Under the pieces are notes generated by a model. That model ran no database searches. It had not been told where the DNA came from and saw nothing but the letters and a program-made list of their open reading frames with translations. 64,000 nucleotides of DNA from positions 1 to 64,000 of the forward strand of contig RSEE01000029.1 in the NCBI GenBank assembly GCA_003971905.1, in the 5' to 3' direction. The DNA comes from Moniliella sp. 'wahieum'. Lineage: Eukaryota. Shown in pieces: positions 61,761 to 64,000 of the stretch. The translations under genes and the position numbers were made by a program. Positions within the stretch are counted from its first letter, which is position 1, and every line of letters starts with the position of its first letter.

Positions 61761-64000
61761 TGGGAGGCTTGCCCCCCCCCCGTCCCCCCGGGGGAGAGGC
61801 ACCTTTTGAGCGTTTGGCCTCTCTCTTCCTCCTTCCTCATCTCTTTTCATTCCTCATCATCTCCCTCCCCACCATCTCACATACTGGCCCCGGTCGCTGC
61901 CACTCCTTGTATTTTTTTGTACATTCTACTATCTGTCACGAATCTACCTGGCTTACGTCCCGTCGCACGGGCTACCCTCGGTACAGAACCATAGACGTAC
62001 TTCGACGATTTGTACCCGCTGAACGTGAAATGAAATGGCCCTACTCCAGATTCCTTCCATATCCAGATCCCTCCCATATCCTTAGACTTGCATTTCCTAT
62101 CCGATGTGCTTTGTGAGTTCTCCTCGCTCGCTTGTCCATCAAATTGTTCAGAGGCACCCCCTCGCCCGTAGGAACATGAAGGCATCCTGTTTTCCTAAGG
62201 CCCAGCTACTGCAACAGATGGGCACGCGCGCCTGATGCGCGCCCTGCCACTTCTCAGGAGGACGGAGAGGTGCACTGCCCACACAGATCCACAGGGGCCT
62301 CTCGAGAGCGGGCGAATCAGTGGAGTGGGGAACTGGGGTTTGATCCCATCCAGGATCTCAGATCTCATCGTTCTAACGTTCAGCGTTCAGTGAGTGCAAA
62401 GCGTTGAAGTTCAACACAAAGCGCCTTTGGTTTGCGATGGTGAGCCGATAAAGAACCTATCCGAGAGAGGCATCTCTTGGCAGCGACTCAGTACTCAGTT
62501 GCTCATCCGAGTCACCACATGCATATCCATTCGTGCGTTGGTGATTGAGGGCGTGTTGCAGCCGGGTTGCGGGGGCGGGTATACTTTATCCCATCGATAT
62601 CACTACAAGTAGTCACTCCTTCCGCATGATGCACCTAAGGCCGCCTCTCTGATAAGCTGATGGGCAGGAGCACTAATAACCGGCACTCGGGACTCGATAC
62701 TCGATAAGGCCAGCAGCCCAAGAAAGGAAACTAGGAACCAGTAGTAGGAAGCTGCGTTAGGCGTTACGCGTTACGCGTTACGCATTACGCGTTATGCCCG
62801 ACGCCTTAGGTGACTACAGCGTGGATGTGCACGCGCTCATGTGACATGTGATGGGACCCAGGGAGCCGTGGCATGGCAACAGAAGCATGCCAATGGGACC
62901 CCCCCGACCCACCCGGTCCCACCCCGTCGCGGTGATATGGTGCATGGATGCAAACATCGGGGTCAGTCATTGCCTAAAGTCCCTGAGTCACTAGTCATGA
63001 GTACTTAGTATTTAGTACTTAACGTACTGAGTACTGAGTACAGAGTCATGTGCATGTGAGTACGTACGTTGAGTACGTTGAGTACGTTGAGTACTCATGA
63101 ATACTGAGTCTGAGTACTGAGTGCATGAGCGTAGCCGGACTACGGGGACACAGGACCGTGGTGCGTGGGAGAGAGGACGTTGCCCATTGTGCGATACCGC
63201 GTTAGATCGTAGACCGTGAGCTTGATCCTGGACAGAGCGTCGACGGGGACGAGCGAGGAGGAAGGTGTGTTACGTGGAGCGTAACTTGCTCTGAGATCCC
63301 AGCCTCCAATCGGAGGCATTGTGGCTGAGGTGCAGGAGAGAACGCATCGTTCTCCCGCTTAGTTGGAGATGTGCGCTCACCGGTCCCTACAACCCGATGA
63401 TGGCCGAGCTGGCTGCTCAACGGCAAGTACTGACTGGCCCAGCAAAGCGACTGTGCTGGCCTCGTCGCGCTCGAGTACCTAGGTCCGCGTCCCGGGATGT
63501 CGATGAGCGATGAGATCTGAGAACTGCGAACTGGATGCCGAGGCGCGGCTGGGCCACAGGGGCGGCGTTGGTGCGGATGCGGAGGCTGGTGGGCGCCCTG
63601 CTGTGGGCACGGACCCCAGTTGGACGCTAGGCCACCCAGCCCACCATGCTCTTTTGTGCGCGGCTTGCGTGGACGGCGTGGTGCTGTGGATGAGATCTGA
63701 GATGGGACACGCGCCAAGGCACGCTCATCGGCATCCTGGGCCCAAGGGAGCATGTGGGTATGTTTGCTCCTGCGTTGCTGACGGGAACGATGAATGCTGG
63801 GTCACGGGCCGGGGTCACGGGAGCAGCCGTCACGTGCAGGGGTGGCCGCGGGCCACGTGGCCTGCGAAGAACCAGCGGATCTTCTGGGCCGCAGGCGCAG
63901 GCCCTGAGGCCCACGTCAGGCCGATCAGAGTCAGAGGCAGTCCACTCCCCCCCCCTCAGGCCTCACTGCCCCCCCGCCGCAGCGCGGAAACGAAGCGCGT

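Overview
GC-rich eukaryotic DNA, most likely from a basidiomycete fungus. Support: GT(A/G)(C/T)GT...CTRAC...YAG introns, intron-containing tRNAs, a basidiomycete-type 5S sequence and fungal housekeeping proteins. The window looks like the left end of a chromosome. Positions 1-865 hold a nested satellite of 40-bp hairpin units plus ~150-bp units carrying variant CCCTAA telomere repeats. Positions ~1.7-17.8 kb are a subtelomeric patchwork of degenerate ~4.7-5 kb duplications containing relics of a CRE-clade (Cnl1/MoTeR-like) non-LTR retrotransposon, an unidentified multicopy gene and a solo LTR. A degenerate 5S rRNA copy and a stand-alone Gag-capsid-like ORF follow. The core region carries GLY1, an RS-rich disordered protein, a divergent ADE6/GUK1 pair, an Mmc1-like gene, TAN1, a multi-pass membrane protein, an atypical Amt/Mep transporter, an AlaX editing protein, tRNA-Lys(CUU), a divergent OSH (ANK-PH-FFAT-ORD)/SFK1-like pair, tRNA-Gln(CUG) and an arrestin-like gene. 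Nearly every gene has several frameshifts, many at homopolymers. I read these as long-read consensus errors, so CDS boundaries are approximate. All family calls come from recognising motifs by eye; no searches were run.
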